From: Octopus vulgaris
Taxonomy: Eukaryota
Length of the DNA: 64,000 nt
NCBI GenBank assembly: GCA_951406725.2
Contig: OX597831.1
Location: forward strand, 83,576,001-83,640,000
Direction: 5' to 3'
Under the pieces are notes generated by a model, which saw nothing but the letters and a program-made list of their open reading frames with translations, ran no database searches and was not told the DNA's origin. Made by a program: the position numbers and the translations under genes. Below are positions 14,575 to 28,569 of this stretch, piece after piece. Within the stretch, counting starts at the first letter, position 1. The number at the start of each line of letters is the position of its first letter.

Positions 14575-14747
14575 ATGTGTGTATGCATGTATGTATATGT
14601 GTATGTATGTATGTATGTATGTATGTATGTATGTATGTATGGTGTGTGTGTGTGTATGTAGATATCTATCTATCTATCTATCTATTTAGCTTTCTCTCTA
14701 TGTGTGTTTGTGTGTGTATATATATATATGTGTGTGTGTATGTATAT

Positions 14748-14799
<52 letters not shown>

Positions 14800-14808
14800 G
14801 TATGTATG

Positions 14809-14848
<40 letters not shown>

Positions 14849-15119
14849 TTATGTGTGAATATATATTATGTATGTATATATATATATATATAAATACACA
14901 CACATATATATATACAGACATATATGTATATATTACACATACACACATACACACAAATATATATATATAGGTAAGAAAGTTGGTGTGTGAAAGCACGTGG
15001 TTGGATGTATAAAAAATAGAAAAGAGTGAATATAAATATATTCTTTAACCTTATAAAACAAGCCTTCTGTAGTTTTTTCACTCTTTTCTATTTTATATAT
15101 GTGTGTGTGTGTGTGTATG

Positions 15120-15150
<31 letters not shown>

Positions 15151-15153
15151 ATG

Positions 15154-15190
<37 letters not shown>
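14575..15190. repeat. Mixed TG/TA/GA microsatellites
   Basis: Read directly from the sequence. Confidence 0.95.
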
Positions 15191-15195
<5 letters not shown>

Positions 15196-15545
15196 TGGAG
15201 AAGTAAGCAACATTGCGCTTTACAGACGCTGCAATGATACTTCAATGATTCCCTAAAATATCTCGATTTTTTCCTCATTTATCTAACAACAACAGCAATT
15301 ACTACTACTACTACTGCTAGTAGTTACAATAATGAATTCCTATTCGATATAATCGTAATTTGTTTCAATTGTTGAATTATAGTAATGTTTTGCGAAACAA
15401 GACAAGCAACAACAAGAGTCTTTTAATCCATTTATGTCTATTGTAGCAACAAAAGAAGACACCCATAACGTATAAATGGTTTCTTTTTATATAAGAGTGA
15501 ACTTTTCGAAAATATATTTATGATGAACAAATCTATATATTTCTG

Positions 15546-15589
<44 letters not shown>

Positions 15590-15592
15590 CTG

Positions 15593-15639
<47 letters not shown>

Positions 15640-16176
15640 TAGAAATGTATTTTTGCAATGTTTGTATTATCTATTTTTGAAGTAATTCCGTTAGAAATGG
15701 TAGGAAGAATCTTGTTTAGCATAAAAAAATGTGAGCCACTAATATTCTAAGTAATGCTGGGATGTATTTTAAAATGGGATTTTTGTGATGTTGATATCGT
15801 TTAGCCCTGAGTAAACAGACTTATGGTCAAAAACATTACAGTCTTGACTAATCCAATTTTTTTTTTTATTCTAGACATTGTGTGTTCAGGACTACACAAT
15901 CGAATTAGCAATTTTCTAAAAATATGTTAGTCTGATTTGAGAAAGACTTGCCTACTATATCTAACAGGGTAAGCGACTGCACAGAGGCTACCTCGTCGGC
16001 GTCTACCAGAAATAATAATTACAGAAAGTATTAGTGCTTAATGTCTGAAGATAATCAGACAAAGACATACCAACAAATATGATTGCATGTCTGCTCCGTT
16101 AATGTCGGGGTTGCATTTCAGATTATGTAGGAGTTTATATAAATATACCAGTCAGCTGCATTAGAACCGAGAGAGC

Positions 16177-16239
16177 GTCATAGATAGGGTGGAGAACGTC
16201 ATAGATAGAGTGGAGAACGTCATAGATAGGGTGGAGAAC
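16177..16239. repeat. 21-bp tandem repeat x3
   Basis: gtcatagatagggtggagaac three times, one substitution. Confidence 0.9.
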
Positions 16240-18679
16240 AGTTAAACTAATCCCACAAGATTATTGTAAAATATGACATATAAACTTTGTAATCGAATTA
16301 TAACTTCTAGGATAATGAAATGTTTATAGATGATATGTTTAACGGAAAATATAGGAAAAGTAATTGTGAAAGAAAATATATCACTGGTAAAGATTTGAAG
16401 TATTGAGTTCTGTAAAGAAATTTTTCAGGCTAGTCTCTAAATTTTTGTAAAATGCAAAATTTTCGTAACTTTAGGACTATGGGTAGGAAGGGATGAGTGT
16501 GTGTGGAAAAGTAGGCGCTATATCTGTTTATAGATGACCTGAAACTTTGAAAACACAACGCAGATCAAACAGTACCTTTAGTGAAAATAGTAGATGGAAA
16601 TAAATTTGAGATGAAAAGATTGAGAAGAATGATGAATGAAACGTGGGAAACTGTTGCGATTATTGTGAAGTAATAGGATACGATTAGCAGATAAGGAAAT
16701 CATATAAGAGGCAAGCAATGAAGGCTATAAATACCTTTTAGACACGATACAAATAAAAACATTGAACTATAAACATTGAGAATATAAATTACGAAGATAG
16801 ACCAGGCGAAAGAAAAAGCAACAAAAAAAGCCAAGCATACCTCTTAGAATATCGACCAACAAAAGATGAATTACAGCAACGAAAATATGAACATTACTGA
16901 AAATGAGAAAGATCTAAGAGTAGAAAGATCTAAAGATAGAAATTTTGTATATAACAATAATCTAAACGAGAAAATAGTTGAATAATTGAAATGAATAAGT
17001 AGATTTTTCTATGGATTAGCGAAATATCCCGCCAAAGATGAAACTTATGGATAAAATAGCAACAAGCAATAAAAGAACATCATTGTTGGAAGTAGATGGA
17101 AACAGAATTACGATCAGGTTATCTCAAATAATTTATACAGCAGCAGTTGCAGCAGTTTTTTGTTTTTTTTTTGTTTTTTCACAGAAAAGCTAGTATCGTT
17201 TCAAAACGTTGTGAAAAGCCAGGTAAATGACGTCGAAGACAAACGAAGAGAGAAATAAACAAAAGATTTGCCAATCCTTAATGAAATCACCAACAAGGAA
17301 AAGACATAAAGGAGGAGGAAGGGGAGCGAGAGAGAGGCGGGGATTGACGAATGTTCTAGATTCATCCCATAAAAGTAAAGTACCCAGATTCAAAGAACTC
17401 GTATAACAAGAGATTCTTGCTAAACCGCAAATTATCCGTCAAAAATGCGACATCGTTTTCTCTCAATAAAATTAACACTTTGAATACATCACCTCCTCCA
17501 AACCAACCAAGAATTAAGTAAAAGTAAACAGAAGCTAAATACAACGCCATTAGCGAATAGTTAACAAACTATGTCTTAATTAGGTGAAAAGTAATTTAGC
17601 TTGGAAGAAAGAATAATAAATTATTCCGACCCGGCATTTGATTGGTTTTATTTTATTGACTCCAGAAATATGGAATTTGAACTTGGAACATAAACAAACA
17701 TAAGTAAATTCCTTCAGAAATTTTATCTGGAACTACAAATGCTGTGACTTCACAGTATTTGCCGCAAGGTAAACTTGATGAGCGGAACATTTATAGAAGA
17801 GTAATATCATGTTAGATAAAGAATCAGTCCGGAGCCAGACTTAAAAATACTTCTTTGCTACAATGGTAGGAATACATGAACAAAGTACAATTCACATAAA
17901 ATGACGTTAGTAAGGAATATTATAATGCAATTTATGTTAATACCTAAAACTAAGTCAAATAAAAAAGAAGTAGTAAATGTATAGTATTATGTTTATAATA
18001 TTCACAACTTGAAGCTAAATGAATGAGGAAGACGAGGCAGAAAAAACAATAATGAGTGCCTTATACAATATTTACTGCAGGACTGGAATAATATGGAGAA
18101 TAAAGGTTAAATAATATTAATAGACAGAAAATACATTTGATTCCGTATTTAGAGGGTCAAAGCGACATAAATAGAGGTTTAGGGAAGTGATGTTGCAAGA
18201 AAATGCTCCAGCATGGGCAATACCTCGCAAACCAAAGAGGATTAGAATAAAGAGGACAGGATCAATAACTGAGACAAAAGATTTTTGATTGAGATGTTAA
18301 AGTACTAAAAACAAAGATTATCGTAACTACAGACTATGTGGTGGGTGTAACGAAGGAATTACATTGATTCTGGCCGTCCATTTTTTGCCGAAATGGAACC
18401 ACACACACAGAGGTCAGAGTGGTCAGTGTCATAACGTGGAAATGATGGCAGTAATTAAAAAATAATCTCAGGACTGAGATGGTGGAAATCTTCAGCAGAA
18501 AATGTCTCTGACAAAGACAAAATGACCAACTTTGAGTCATGCCAGTTCATAAAACACAAGAAGTTAAGGGAAATTGTTTAGATCTTATTATCGGAGGCCA
18601 TCAAGAAGAGAAATATTTTCTAATCGATGTTTCAGTTCCAATATACAACGATGACTCTAATGATGATGATAGAAATATT

Positions 18680-18880
18680 GGTAAGGCCAGCAAGTTCGGA
18701 GTTGTGGGTAAGTCGGTTACATCGATCTCACTGATTAACTGGTACTTAGTTTATCGACACGGAAAGTATGAAAAGCAAAGTTGACCTCGGCGGAATTTGA
18801 ACTCAGGACGTAAAGACAGACGAATTGTAGCTAAGCACTTTGCCTCGTATGCTTACCATTCTGCCAGTTAGCCGTCTTCT
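18680..18880 (-). mobile_element. Degenerate SINE
   Basis: aaagttgacctcggcggaatttgaactcag motif shared with 40910-41120 and 47240-47460. Confidence 0.7.
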
Positions 18881-19324
18881 GAACGCTAAAAATATTAATA
18901 TATTTGTTGCTTTGCCTTCAGATAATTTTGATCAAAGATCCAAATGTGACCATTCCAGCTGATATTCTGATACAGAATATTCAGAAAGGCCTTATTCGAT
19001 AAGACCCCTCTGTTTAAAGACGGTTAAGAGTGATTTAAGAGAAAGAATTAATGGCGATTTTGCAGACCCAGATGCTGAAGTTATTGTTGTTACTGATATG
19101 CGCGTGCGCATGTGCATGCGTTGTAGTGAGATGCTGTTAGTACTTTTGCGCCTGTTGTTGTAATGGTGGTTTCTTTTTGTTGAAGAAAATTTTACACGAA
19201 AAAGTAAAAATTCCGCAAGAACTTTCTTGACAACTTAATATATATGTATATATAAATTGACAGAATGAGATATAAAAAAAAAACCTAGGCAGTAAATAGA
19301 TTTCATAACATTTATCAAGAAAAG

Positions 19325-19372
19325 GCCTTACAGCTGTTTCCGGGATATCTTATATATCCCTTCATCAGAGAC
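19325..19372 (-). ncRNA. Minimal type I hammerhead ribozyme motif
   Basis: GUCU CUGAUGA A GGGAUAU AUAAG AUAUCCC G GAAA CAGCUG UA AGGC: intact core, paired stems I and II, palindromic stem III. Confidence 0.8.
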
Positions 19373-19443
19373 GGTGCGAGAAAATGCTTGAGTATTAATT
19401 ATTGTAGAGAAGATATGAAATAGGGAGGGAAGTAAGAGAATGA

Positions 19444-21724
19444 GGGGATAATGCAGTTTCGCACCTCTCCTTGAAAAATGCATTTTTTTTTAAAAAATCT
19501 TTCGGATTCCTACGTTTTAGATGTCGGAGATTACGATATGCAAAAAAAATCATTTTACTCATCCCCCGCCACCACTCCACCCCCTCTTAAAATTTGAACT
19601 TTTTTGAAATTTTTTTTTCCCCTTGGTTTTATATGACGGAGATTCCGAATTTGCAAGAAGCCACGTTTTCAAAATGTTAAATTCAATAAGCAAATAGATA
19701 CGTGTATAAAGAAATAGATATGTCTTCTTGGGAGATGACGAATATGCAAAAAAAAATTTTTTAACCCCACCAGCCTCACCCCGCCCCATTTAAATTTTTG
19801 ATTTTGTTTACTTTAAAGAGGTGGTAGCGAATTGACGAACATATGCAAATCGAGATTAAATCCAGACAAAAGCATTAAAGTGAAAAGAACTCGCGTTTTA
19901 CTTGTGTTTGCCATAAAAAATAGTATAAAATAATTGAGTGTAAATTAAACAGACACCATTTTATGAGAAACAATAACTCAATGTAACATGTTTTGTTTAT
20001 TTGTATTTTTTAATGTTCATAAATGCATTTTTGCCACTAAATTCAAAAATCACATTCGTTTTGACGTAACATCGATACTTATTTATTTATTCCAAATTTC
20101 ATATTTGCTCGTTATATTTGTAACTTTTCTCTACAGCACTTTATTGGTTCAATCTATTCTAGTATTGTAAGGATAATTACACAACATTTAGTACTTTTTT
20201 CATATATTGAAAAGCATTTAGGAAGTATAATATTAGTTAGAACAAAAAGAAACAATAAAACTCTGCACTGTAAATGCCTTGATAACTCTTTTCTTAAGAT
20301 GAGAAGTGCTTTGACTATCGAGATTTTCTGGAGTGTATACCTTCATCTCTTCTGACTAGAGACCATATATAATCTCCCATCATAGCAGTATCCCATCGTC
20401 CTTGGTATCTTCTTTCCATAGTTGCGACGTCCTGATGAAATCTCTCACCATGATCCTCACTTCATGGCGTTTCCAGTACACAGATGTATTGCAGTCTTCC
20501 CCCAGTAGATTCCATCCCTTCAACCTTCATGAAAGTTCAGCTCCTGACTTAGTAAGACCCAGATCCCTGAGTAAATGATCTAGCTCACTCTGATTTGGAA
20601 AGTGAGGCTCTGAAGTCGTTCATGGTACGAAAGCTTCCTCCATTTCTTGGCTGCTGCTACTTATTGACTCTTCAGATGAAATATTTTCTGGTGGTAGTGG
20701 TACTCGTAAACTGTCAGGTGCTCTAGATGATGGTTTGTCTGGATACTGAAGAGCTTGTCTTCTTTTCACTTTTCTGTACTTTGTCACATCGATCATACAA
20801 AAGTAACAGTCATCGTGATGGTTCTTTGGCTCTCTCCATACCCTTGGAATGGCAAAAGGCATTGACCTTCCTGGACCTCTTAACCATCATTCTAGAGTAG
20901 ACTGACAGCTTCCACATATCACATGTGGGGGCCTATGGTTTGTCTTGGTCACCCATGGTCATTCCGGAATAGTCTGTACGCTATCCACAATTTAGCACCT
21001 TTCACGATCTTATGTAATACCTGCTTTTTTCCAATATAATAACTACACACATAGCAAAATGTAACTGGAGAATTTTTACATACTGAAAGTAGCAGAACTT
21101 AGTAATTGGTCTGAAAGAGAAAATTAGACATACATTTAGTAGCGGAACATTATAACAATATTGAATATATAATAACATTGAAAGTCGACATATTTTTTTA
21201 ACTGTTGATGATACACAAAAAATAATTTCATTTTTGGAATCAGCAGAAAAAATGGATTGATAAACAATAAAAACAAATACAATAAACAAATTTTTTTGAA
21301 AATTGTTACGTTGATGTTATAAAGTTTAATAAGGGGCACAAATTTCACCCTTCTACCAATTTTAAATTTTGGGCTTTTTCATCCATTTAAAATATACTTG
21401 TAAACTAAATGTGGAGCTCCTATAGAAGACGGTGTTACTGTTGTTTTCATATCTAGCTCTTTCTTTATACACGTATCTATATGCTTATTGAATTTAAAAT
21501 TTTGAAAACGTGGCTTCTTGCATATTCGGAATCTCCGTCATGTAAAACCAAGGGGGAAAAAAATTTCAAATTTTAAGAGGGGGTGGAGTGGTGGCGGGGG
21601 ATGCGTAAAATTTTTTTTCTTTTGCATATTCGTAATCTCCGACATCTAAAAAGTAGGAGTCCGAAAATCTTTTTTTTTTTTTAAATGCATTTTTCAAGGA
21701 GAGGTGCGAAACTGCATTAGCCCC
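19444..21724. mobile_element. DNA transposon or MITE with ~290-bp TIRs (GGGG...CCCC ends)
   Basis: ggggataatgcagtttcgcacctctccttgaaaaatgcat / atgcatttttcaaggagaggtgcgaaactgcattagcccc; arms ~19444-19720 and ~21460-21724. Confidence 0.85.
19977..21316 (-). mobile_element. Internally deleted Chapaev3-like transposon
   Basis: GDQDK..APHVICGSC, MPFAIPRVWREPKNHHDDCYFC and HGERFHQDVATMEKRYQGRW...MMGDYIWSL motifs; weak terminal tgtaaca/tgttacg. Family name is from recall of the motifs. Confidence 0.7.
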
Positions 21725-22060
21725 AAAAGTGAGATATAAAAGGATTTTGTATTTGCAGTTCCGTTATTCAAGTAGAATAGTGAATATAAGGGGTGAAAAA
21801 AATTGGGAGAGGGGGAATTTTCTTGTATCTGGTATGTAAGTTCTAATAGTAGTTATATTTGGTCATTCCAAGCATAGAGCTTTGTAAACAGTGTTGGTCG
21901 ATCGAAAATTTCTTCCACCATTTATATACACCATTCTACTTGAATAATGGAACTGCAAATACACTATCCTTATGTATCTCACTTCTATATTCATTCTCTT
22001 ACTTCCTCTGTATTTCGTATCTTCTCTACAATAACTATTACTTAAACACTTTCTCGCACC

Positions 22061-22108
22061 GTCTCTGATGAAAGGATACATAAAATATCCTGGAAATAGC
22101 TGTAAGAC
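22061..22108 (+). ncRNA. Minimal type I hammerhead ribozyme motif
   Basis: GUCU CUGAUGA A AGGAUA CAUAAAA UAUCCU G GAAA UAGCUG UA AGAC. Confidence 0.78.
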
Positions 22109-22336
22109 CTTTTCTTGATAAATGTTATGAAATCTGTTTACTGCCTTGGTTTTTTTTATCGCATTCTGTTAATTTATATATATGCATGCTAATACATGAC
22201 CCACGTTGGACTCCTCACTCATATCCTTATCGAGCCTGGAGCTTAACTATGGTCGATCCATAGCACTTAGCGTTTACCCGATATTTTTCTGACACCCAAT
22301 ACCTTTCATACATAGATATATACATATATGTAGATA

Positions 22337-22381
<45 letters not shown>

Positions 22382-22399
22382 ACACACAACAAAATGACA

Positions 22400-23045
22400 T
22401 CAAAAATTTTTCTTTTTTTTTGTAATTCGATTTTTAGAAAGTTGATCCTCGGTTTGGCTGTTGTTTCTAGCTTGTCAGTTTTCCGGTAGGGGCATACTTA
22501 AAAATTGAAAATTTTGAAACCCCTAGAACACGTTTTCATTCTTTGCCCCTCTGGCAAAGAAAAAGAGAAGGTGGGAGAATTTCCCTTTCTGTCCTTAGGA
22601 TGGAGGGGAGGTTTTTTTTTTTTAAAAAAATGAAATTTTACAAACACTTTTATTAGAATCATAATCTCCGTATTTTTCTACGTATTTCGCCAAAAAATGT
22701 TTCTAAAATAAGTGAAAAATGAAGAAATTTGCGGCGAGGGGGATTTAAGTTTTGAAATTTTTTCTTCCTTTGTAATTCGTATGAAAATTTTGAAAACGTG
22801 TTTCTAGCATTGTCAGGTTTTCTGTTCAGATACTTTTTGCGTCAGCTATTTTATAATTCTATGCGGGTGTGAAAACACTTTAATTTCACTTCTTGTCATA
22901 GGGTGGGTGAGAGGGTGGTGTTTATTTATTTTTTGAAAAATTGAAATTTTACAATTTTTTTTTTACAGAATCATAATCTCAATATTTTTCTACGTATTTC
23001 GACTAAAGAAATTTTTTTAAAAAGTGAAAATTTAAAATTTTTAAA
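22400..23045. repeat. ~310-bp imperfect direct repeat, probably transposon subterminal sequence
   Basis: tgaaattttacaa...agaatcataatctc..tatttttctacgtatttcg at ~22631 and ~22942. Confidence 0.65.
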
Positions 23046-23079
23046 TGCTTTTTTTTTTCTTTTTTTTTTTTTTTTGCAG

Positions 23080-23249
23080 TGCGGTCCATGATCTTTACCT
23101 CCGCCGACGTCTTTGCTGTGAGGTGGATGATTTGAACTGGTAAAGGAACGAGACCAAACAGTGAAGTTGGCTACGAAGACAGATTTGAGGCGACCAGTAA
23201 AATTGAACCCGAGCGACGTAGAACCATATTACACAAGACATCCAACCAG
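23080..23249 (+). other. Putative non-coding (UTR or lncRNA) exon
   Basis: Long poly-T tract + GCAG acceptor; CAG|GTAAGT consensus donor; all three frames contain stops. Confidence 0.55.
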
Positions 23250-23839
23250 GTAAGTCTACTTCTTATTTATATAGGTGTGTTTTATATGTACGCATGTGAG
23301 CGTTTCATTTGTATTTACGTATGTTTCTTAAAATTGTTAGCGAGCTTGGAATTGTAGTTAATGGTATGCAGAGTTATGTTTATCATGGTAAAGAAGTACC
23401 TAAAGTTATTTTGGTGCTGTTACTTTTCTATCCGACAAGACAAACACTAAAACTCAAGCAAGTCAACTAAATCAAGACAGTTTGTATGTGTTGATTAGTT
23501 TAGGCGGCAGTATGTGAATAGCAAGATAGCGAGAGATAACATTTGTACGATTTTAGAGTTCACAAAGTTGCTAATAGTTATGGCACTTCCTTAGGAAGTC
23601 TCCTAGTCTAAATCAATAATAGTCTCCTGTATGAAGATAATGGAAAGTAAAAGTAGTCGGATGCGTCAAACTAAATATACGAGAAGCAGTTGAGGGAGAG
23701 AACAAGTTCGGTTAGACGAAGAAATGTGGAGGTGTCAGGTTGGGGTTTGGGTCGAAGGTCTGGGAAGTGTTTGAGTGCAAGAAGTCCGTTGTATGGGATC
23801 ACCGTTAACGGTGGGTCCACTGGTTAACGGAAACGGCAT

Positions 23840-25425
23840 CCTTCACTGTGATGCCAAACGGCATCCTTCACTGTATATATGGCTGAGATCCTACACCGTC
23901 AATACTGCTCTGTTTTCAGTGATCGTGATTCAGTTGACTCAAGCAGCTTTGCTTCTTTGAATCCTCAACGTGTCCTTTCCGACAAAACCTTTGATGCTGC
24001 TGACATCCTAGCAGCAATAAAAGAAATCAAACCTGATTCAACAGTGAACCCTGACAGGTTCCCTGCAAGGAATGCAGACAGCAACGTGCAGTTCCTCTTG
24101 CAAATCCCAGTCAGTCGTTCCAATCTTTAAAAAGGGGAATAAATCGCCCAATCTCGCTCTCCTCACATATTTGAGAGTGTTGAGGTCAAGAATAACAGCC
24201 TTCCTAGAGCAAAATCATCTTCTAAATTGCAACCAGCATGGCTTTCGTGGTGGGAGGGACTGCCTAATACAGCTCCTCTACCACTTTGGTGAAATCTTAA
24301 AGTGAGGGCTCCAACGCCGTTCTCATATACCTTGATTTCAGGAGGGCCTTTGACAGAGTCGACTACAGTAAACTGTTAAGGAAACTATCCAATGCTGGAG
24401 TCAGTGGAAAGCTACTTTAGATCAAGTATTTTCTAACAAACATGACCCAGCATGTTGTGGTTATTAGCATCCACTCAAGATCAGCAAAAGACATCAGCGG
24501 AGTCCCGTGGGGCATTGTGCTAGGTCCACTTCTTTTTATTGCCTATATCAATGAAATTGCTGATTCCATTGAATATAGCACCATAAAAATATTTGCAGAT
24601 GGCTCTAAGCTCCATTAAGGGAGCATATGATCGAACGATGCTTCAATCGGACCTATACGCAGTAACTCAGTGGGCTCAAAAATACAATATGCAGTTGAAC
24701 GGAGAAAAATTTGAGCTCATCCACTTTGGAAGAGAGAGCACACTCAAACAACCATATACACTACCGTCGGGATACCTACTTGAACCGTCAGATAATATCA
24801 GGGTCTTAGATGTAACTGTCGACAGCAACCTTCGCTGGAGTGTGCACATCAACAAAAGAAGTCGATGTTGCCCGGGGAATGTCCTCATGGATCCTCAAGA
24901 CTTTTCAATCTAGGGATCCTGAAACCATCATCTTTCTCTTCTCTACATTCGCTTGGCCCCACCTCGAATACTACTGCCCATTGTGGTCCCCTTACAAAAA
25001 GCAAGACACACTATTTATACCATGTGAAAAATATATCGGGCAATTTGTCGGTATTATGTTTCCAATTCACCCAAGACTAGGCCCCCAACCAATGCATCCC
25101 CAACAAAGGCCGAGATCACATCACATCAGAACATTGCGGCACAATTTCTTCACTGCAAATGGTCCTGCTCTTTTCAGTGTTATCCCGAAATAAATTAAAG
25201 TAGAAAAATACCCCACAACCTTTAAACGGTACCTGGACAAATTCCTCCAGGAAATACCGGATAAAGCACCTACATCTGGATACGTCTCAGCCAACAACAA
25301 CTCTCTGCTTGAGTGGTCCATGGTGACCCGAAATGATTGATTAAAAGACTTTTCCAGGTGGTGCTATTTAGTTAGTCATGGCCTGGGCCGATAATGGCCG
25401 ATACCAATCTGTTATCTAAGTTATA
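23840..25425 (+). mobile_element. Decayed LINE (RT region to 3' end)
   Basis: NQHGFRGGRDCL, YLDFRRAFD, SGVP.G, HLEYYCPLWSP and NGPALF motifs with stops and frameshifts. Confidence 0.88.
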
Positions 25426-25479
25426 TAAACGCTCTTGCTTCACTCTTCATGGTCGATTTGTGGATGGGTGGGTGTACGT

Positions 25480-25955
25480 GTTTGTGCATCTGTCTGTATA
25501 TGTGTGTGTGTATCTGTCTGTATATGTGTGTGTATCTGTCTGTATATGTGTGTCTGCTTGTGTGTGTCTGTATATATATGTGTGTGTGTGTGTGTGTTTG
25601 TCTGTATATATGTGTGTGTGTCTGTATGTATATATGTGTGTGTGTTTGTCTGTATATATGTCTGTATATATGTCTGTGTGTATGTCTGTCTGTATATATG
25701 TCTGTGTGTGTGTCTGTCTGTATATATGTCTGTGTGTGTGTCTGTCTGTATATATGTCTGTGTGTGTGTCTGTATATATATGCGTGTGTGTGTCTGTGTG
25801 TATATATGTGTGTGTGTTTCTGTGTATGTATATATGTGTGTTTGTCTCTGTCTGTATATATATATATGTGTGTGTGTGTGTGTATCTATTTGTATATATG
25901 TGTGTGTGTCTGTGTGTGTCATTCTGTATACATGTGTGTGTGTCTGTATGTGTGA
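25480..25955. repeat. TG/TCTG/TA compound microsatellite
   Basis: Read directly from the sequence. Confidence 0.95.
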
Positions 25956-27151
25956 GAACTAACAATATCCCTTGAATTTTACTGGTACTTACATGATAGA
26001 ATATATCAGGTCAAGTTCTACTTGTTATTGGTTCTCTGTAATACTGTACAACCTGTCACATTTCAAGTTTGTAAGTGACAAAATCGCCCTCCGCCAAAAA
26101 TGTACATATAGTGTAGCAGTTGAGGAAGATATGAGAACCCGGCAAAATTAATTAAAAAATCTGACAAAGGACGTATGAAGCTCTCAAATACAGGAAAATT
26201 GTGTTACTTAAATTATAGATTTTTGATAAATGTTTTGCAGCCTACGGAAAAGCCTTTCAGTGATTTTCAAATCTTTTTAGTTTTTTATTGTCTCGATTTG
26301 ATTTATTTCCATTTACTCCTTCTGTGTAAAATACTAAGCAATTGCTAAATACAAACGCCCTTGCCACTGACAAAACACTCCCTTTAAGACCGCTTCTTAG
26401 CGCTAACAACATTGGTTCAGGAGTAGAAATTATAGAATTCTGGAGTAAATACCTTGAAGTATTTAGTTTCACCCCTCTATATTCCGGGTTCAATTCCTAT
26501 CAATATCGACTTTGCTTCACCGTCTCTAGTGTCGATCGAATAACTATTGATCGTATTCCAGATAGCTTCAATCAATTATACATCTATGCGGCCAAATGTA
26601 TTCCCCCGACGGCATCTCATATGATAAAGCACAATATATGGTAGTTAGATACAGACGTAGAATATAAGTAACACTGGATCCGTGTTTCGCAGCTCTATTG
26701 AAGACTGTTCATTCAAGCAGCTTGGGCTTGAGGTAAATAACACCAATAATTGCCGACACGCATTATGCAAGTGAGAGCAGACTCTTCTGGATTTGAAGTT
26801 TATCATATGCATATGTTACACAAACACATACACACACACACTGAGCAAAGAGTATTCAATACCAATAGCTAAGTAACAATATTTATTGTCTCATTAATGA
26901 TTTATAAATTAGGGTCAATAACTCATGCTGATATGCTAGGTTTCCTGTCTGTGGAACTGGTCAGTCGACATTCTTTCAGATCTCTCACTGACTGAAGGAA
27001 TGTTAGTTGCCCAACTGCACTGACAGGTAACTCGCAGTATCATAATGAGATCTTCACTATAATAGAAGACATAATGTATGTAAGTTGGCATTTCTTTCCC
27101 TCCCGCTCTTTCTCCTCCCCTTTTGTTTTTCACTCACCCCTCTCTCTATCT

Positions 27152-27206
<55 letters not shown>

Positions 27207-28569
27207 TTCATATGCATATTTTTCTTATAAACAAACAGGATTCTTCAAAATCAAAAGAAGTCCAACTGTTTTGGTGGAAGTGGAGGAGTTTGATTGTCAA
27301 ACTAATCTTGTTGTAAGTTTTCTAAGATTATGCAGGGATTAAAGAATAGAAAAGGACTTAAAGTATTAGGATTAGGGTGTTTCTGTTGCTATTTGTCGTT
27401 TTGTTTCTGCATTTGAAATATTTGTAAAAATTACACAACGCTATAACAACAGTCTTCCATTCAGAGAACGTAAAGTAAATTATTTGTATATATGTGTGTG
27501 TGTGTGTGTGTGCGTTTATAGATGTGTGCATGTATGTGCATATGTGTGTGTGTGTATGTGCGTATGTGCATATATGAGAGAGAGAGGGAGAGAGTATATA
27601 ATAAAGAAGTGTATAAACATTGATGTATGCAAACAAGAAACGATGTACTTTGTAAAAAGAAAAGGACAATGATAGAAGATTTAATCGAAGCTAAATTTCC
27701 TGTCTTACATCCCCCGCAAAGGAATGGGGTTGGAACTCAGTTGTAACCGTAATGTCTTGGTTTCAGTCAATTAATGTGTGTGTAGAATGTGTGTGTGGAA
27801 TGTGTGTGTATATATCAGATGATGCTATTGATGTAGAATGGTGATAAACTCGTTACTCGTCAAATCCACTTTGCAGTTTTGATTTGAGGTTAAACCATTT
27901 CAGTAACTGCCTGGGGCGACATTCTCCGAGGATCGTTGTCAATAACCTCGACAAGATAGTGTTTTAATGTTCAAACGTCTGCTGCTGATCTATTTTATGG
28001 ATTCAATGTTGCAAAACTGGGTTCGGGTTCACATTGAAGCTATTGTCAATATTCCTGACATCATCACAGTATCTCATCTCCTCTCCTTAATTGATGGATC
28101 TATCAGCAAAGAAAAGGTGTTGTTGCGTCCATACTTTCCCCATAGGTTAAGAGTTAAAACCCAATGAAGTCTATTTAGCATAGAAACCGATAATGTACCA
28201 GTAATATACTAAGATTGCTATGGTCCTCCTCAATATAACTATCAACATTACAATGATGAGTGCGCTAAGTTGTTAAAAATATTTGAGCACCGGACTAAAT
28301 CTTTTTCTAAGGCTTCAGTTACGTTGCCATGATGGCTAAAGTGCTCCTCATCTAATGACATTGAGTCCCTTGCTTTTTTTTTTTTTTTTCATCTTTTAAT
28401 AAACGCTAAAACCATTTTCTTGCTGTGGCAAGTAGTACAAGTAATTTAAATAGCCACTCATGCGCAGTGGAACATATTTTGATGACTTCAAGCAAATGAA
28501 ATGAAATTTCAACTAAACCTAGACGTTCAAAGTTAAATATTATAAATAATTTTTATTTTGTATTTTTTT

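Larger units (their letters stand above)
19240..22185. mobile_element. Hammerhead-bearing inverted-repeat (Penelope-like) element interrupted by nested DNA transposons
   Basis: Left arm 19240-19443 plus 21725-21803 is inverted relative to the right arm ~21907-22185. Confidence 0.75.

Noticed and set aside
16177-16239. CRISPR-like repeats (also 33585-34220 and 46820-47050)
   Set aside because: No unique regular spacers, no cas genes, eukaryotic context; these are tandem or UTR repeats.
16250-17560. Purine-rich stretch resembling an old LINE
   Set aside because: Too decayed to show diagnostic motifs with confidence.
26936-27070. Possible exon on either strand
   Set aside because: Splice signals are ambiguous, no recognisable protein, and the phase is incompatible with exon 41664-41779.
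28455-28560. Possible left end of the Chapaev3-like element whose transposase lies at 39410-40238
   Set aside because: Only a CAC-starting motif; no matching right TIR found.
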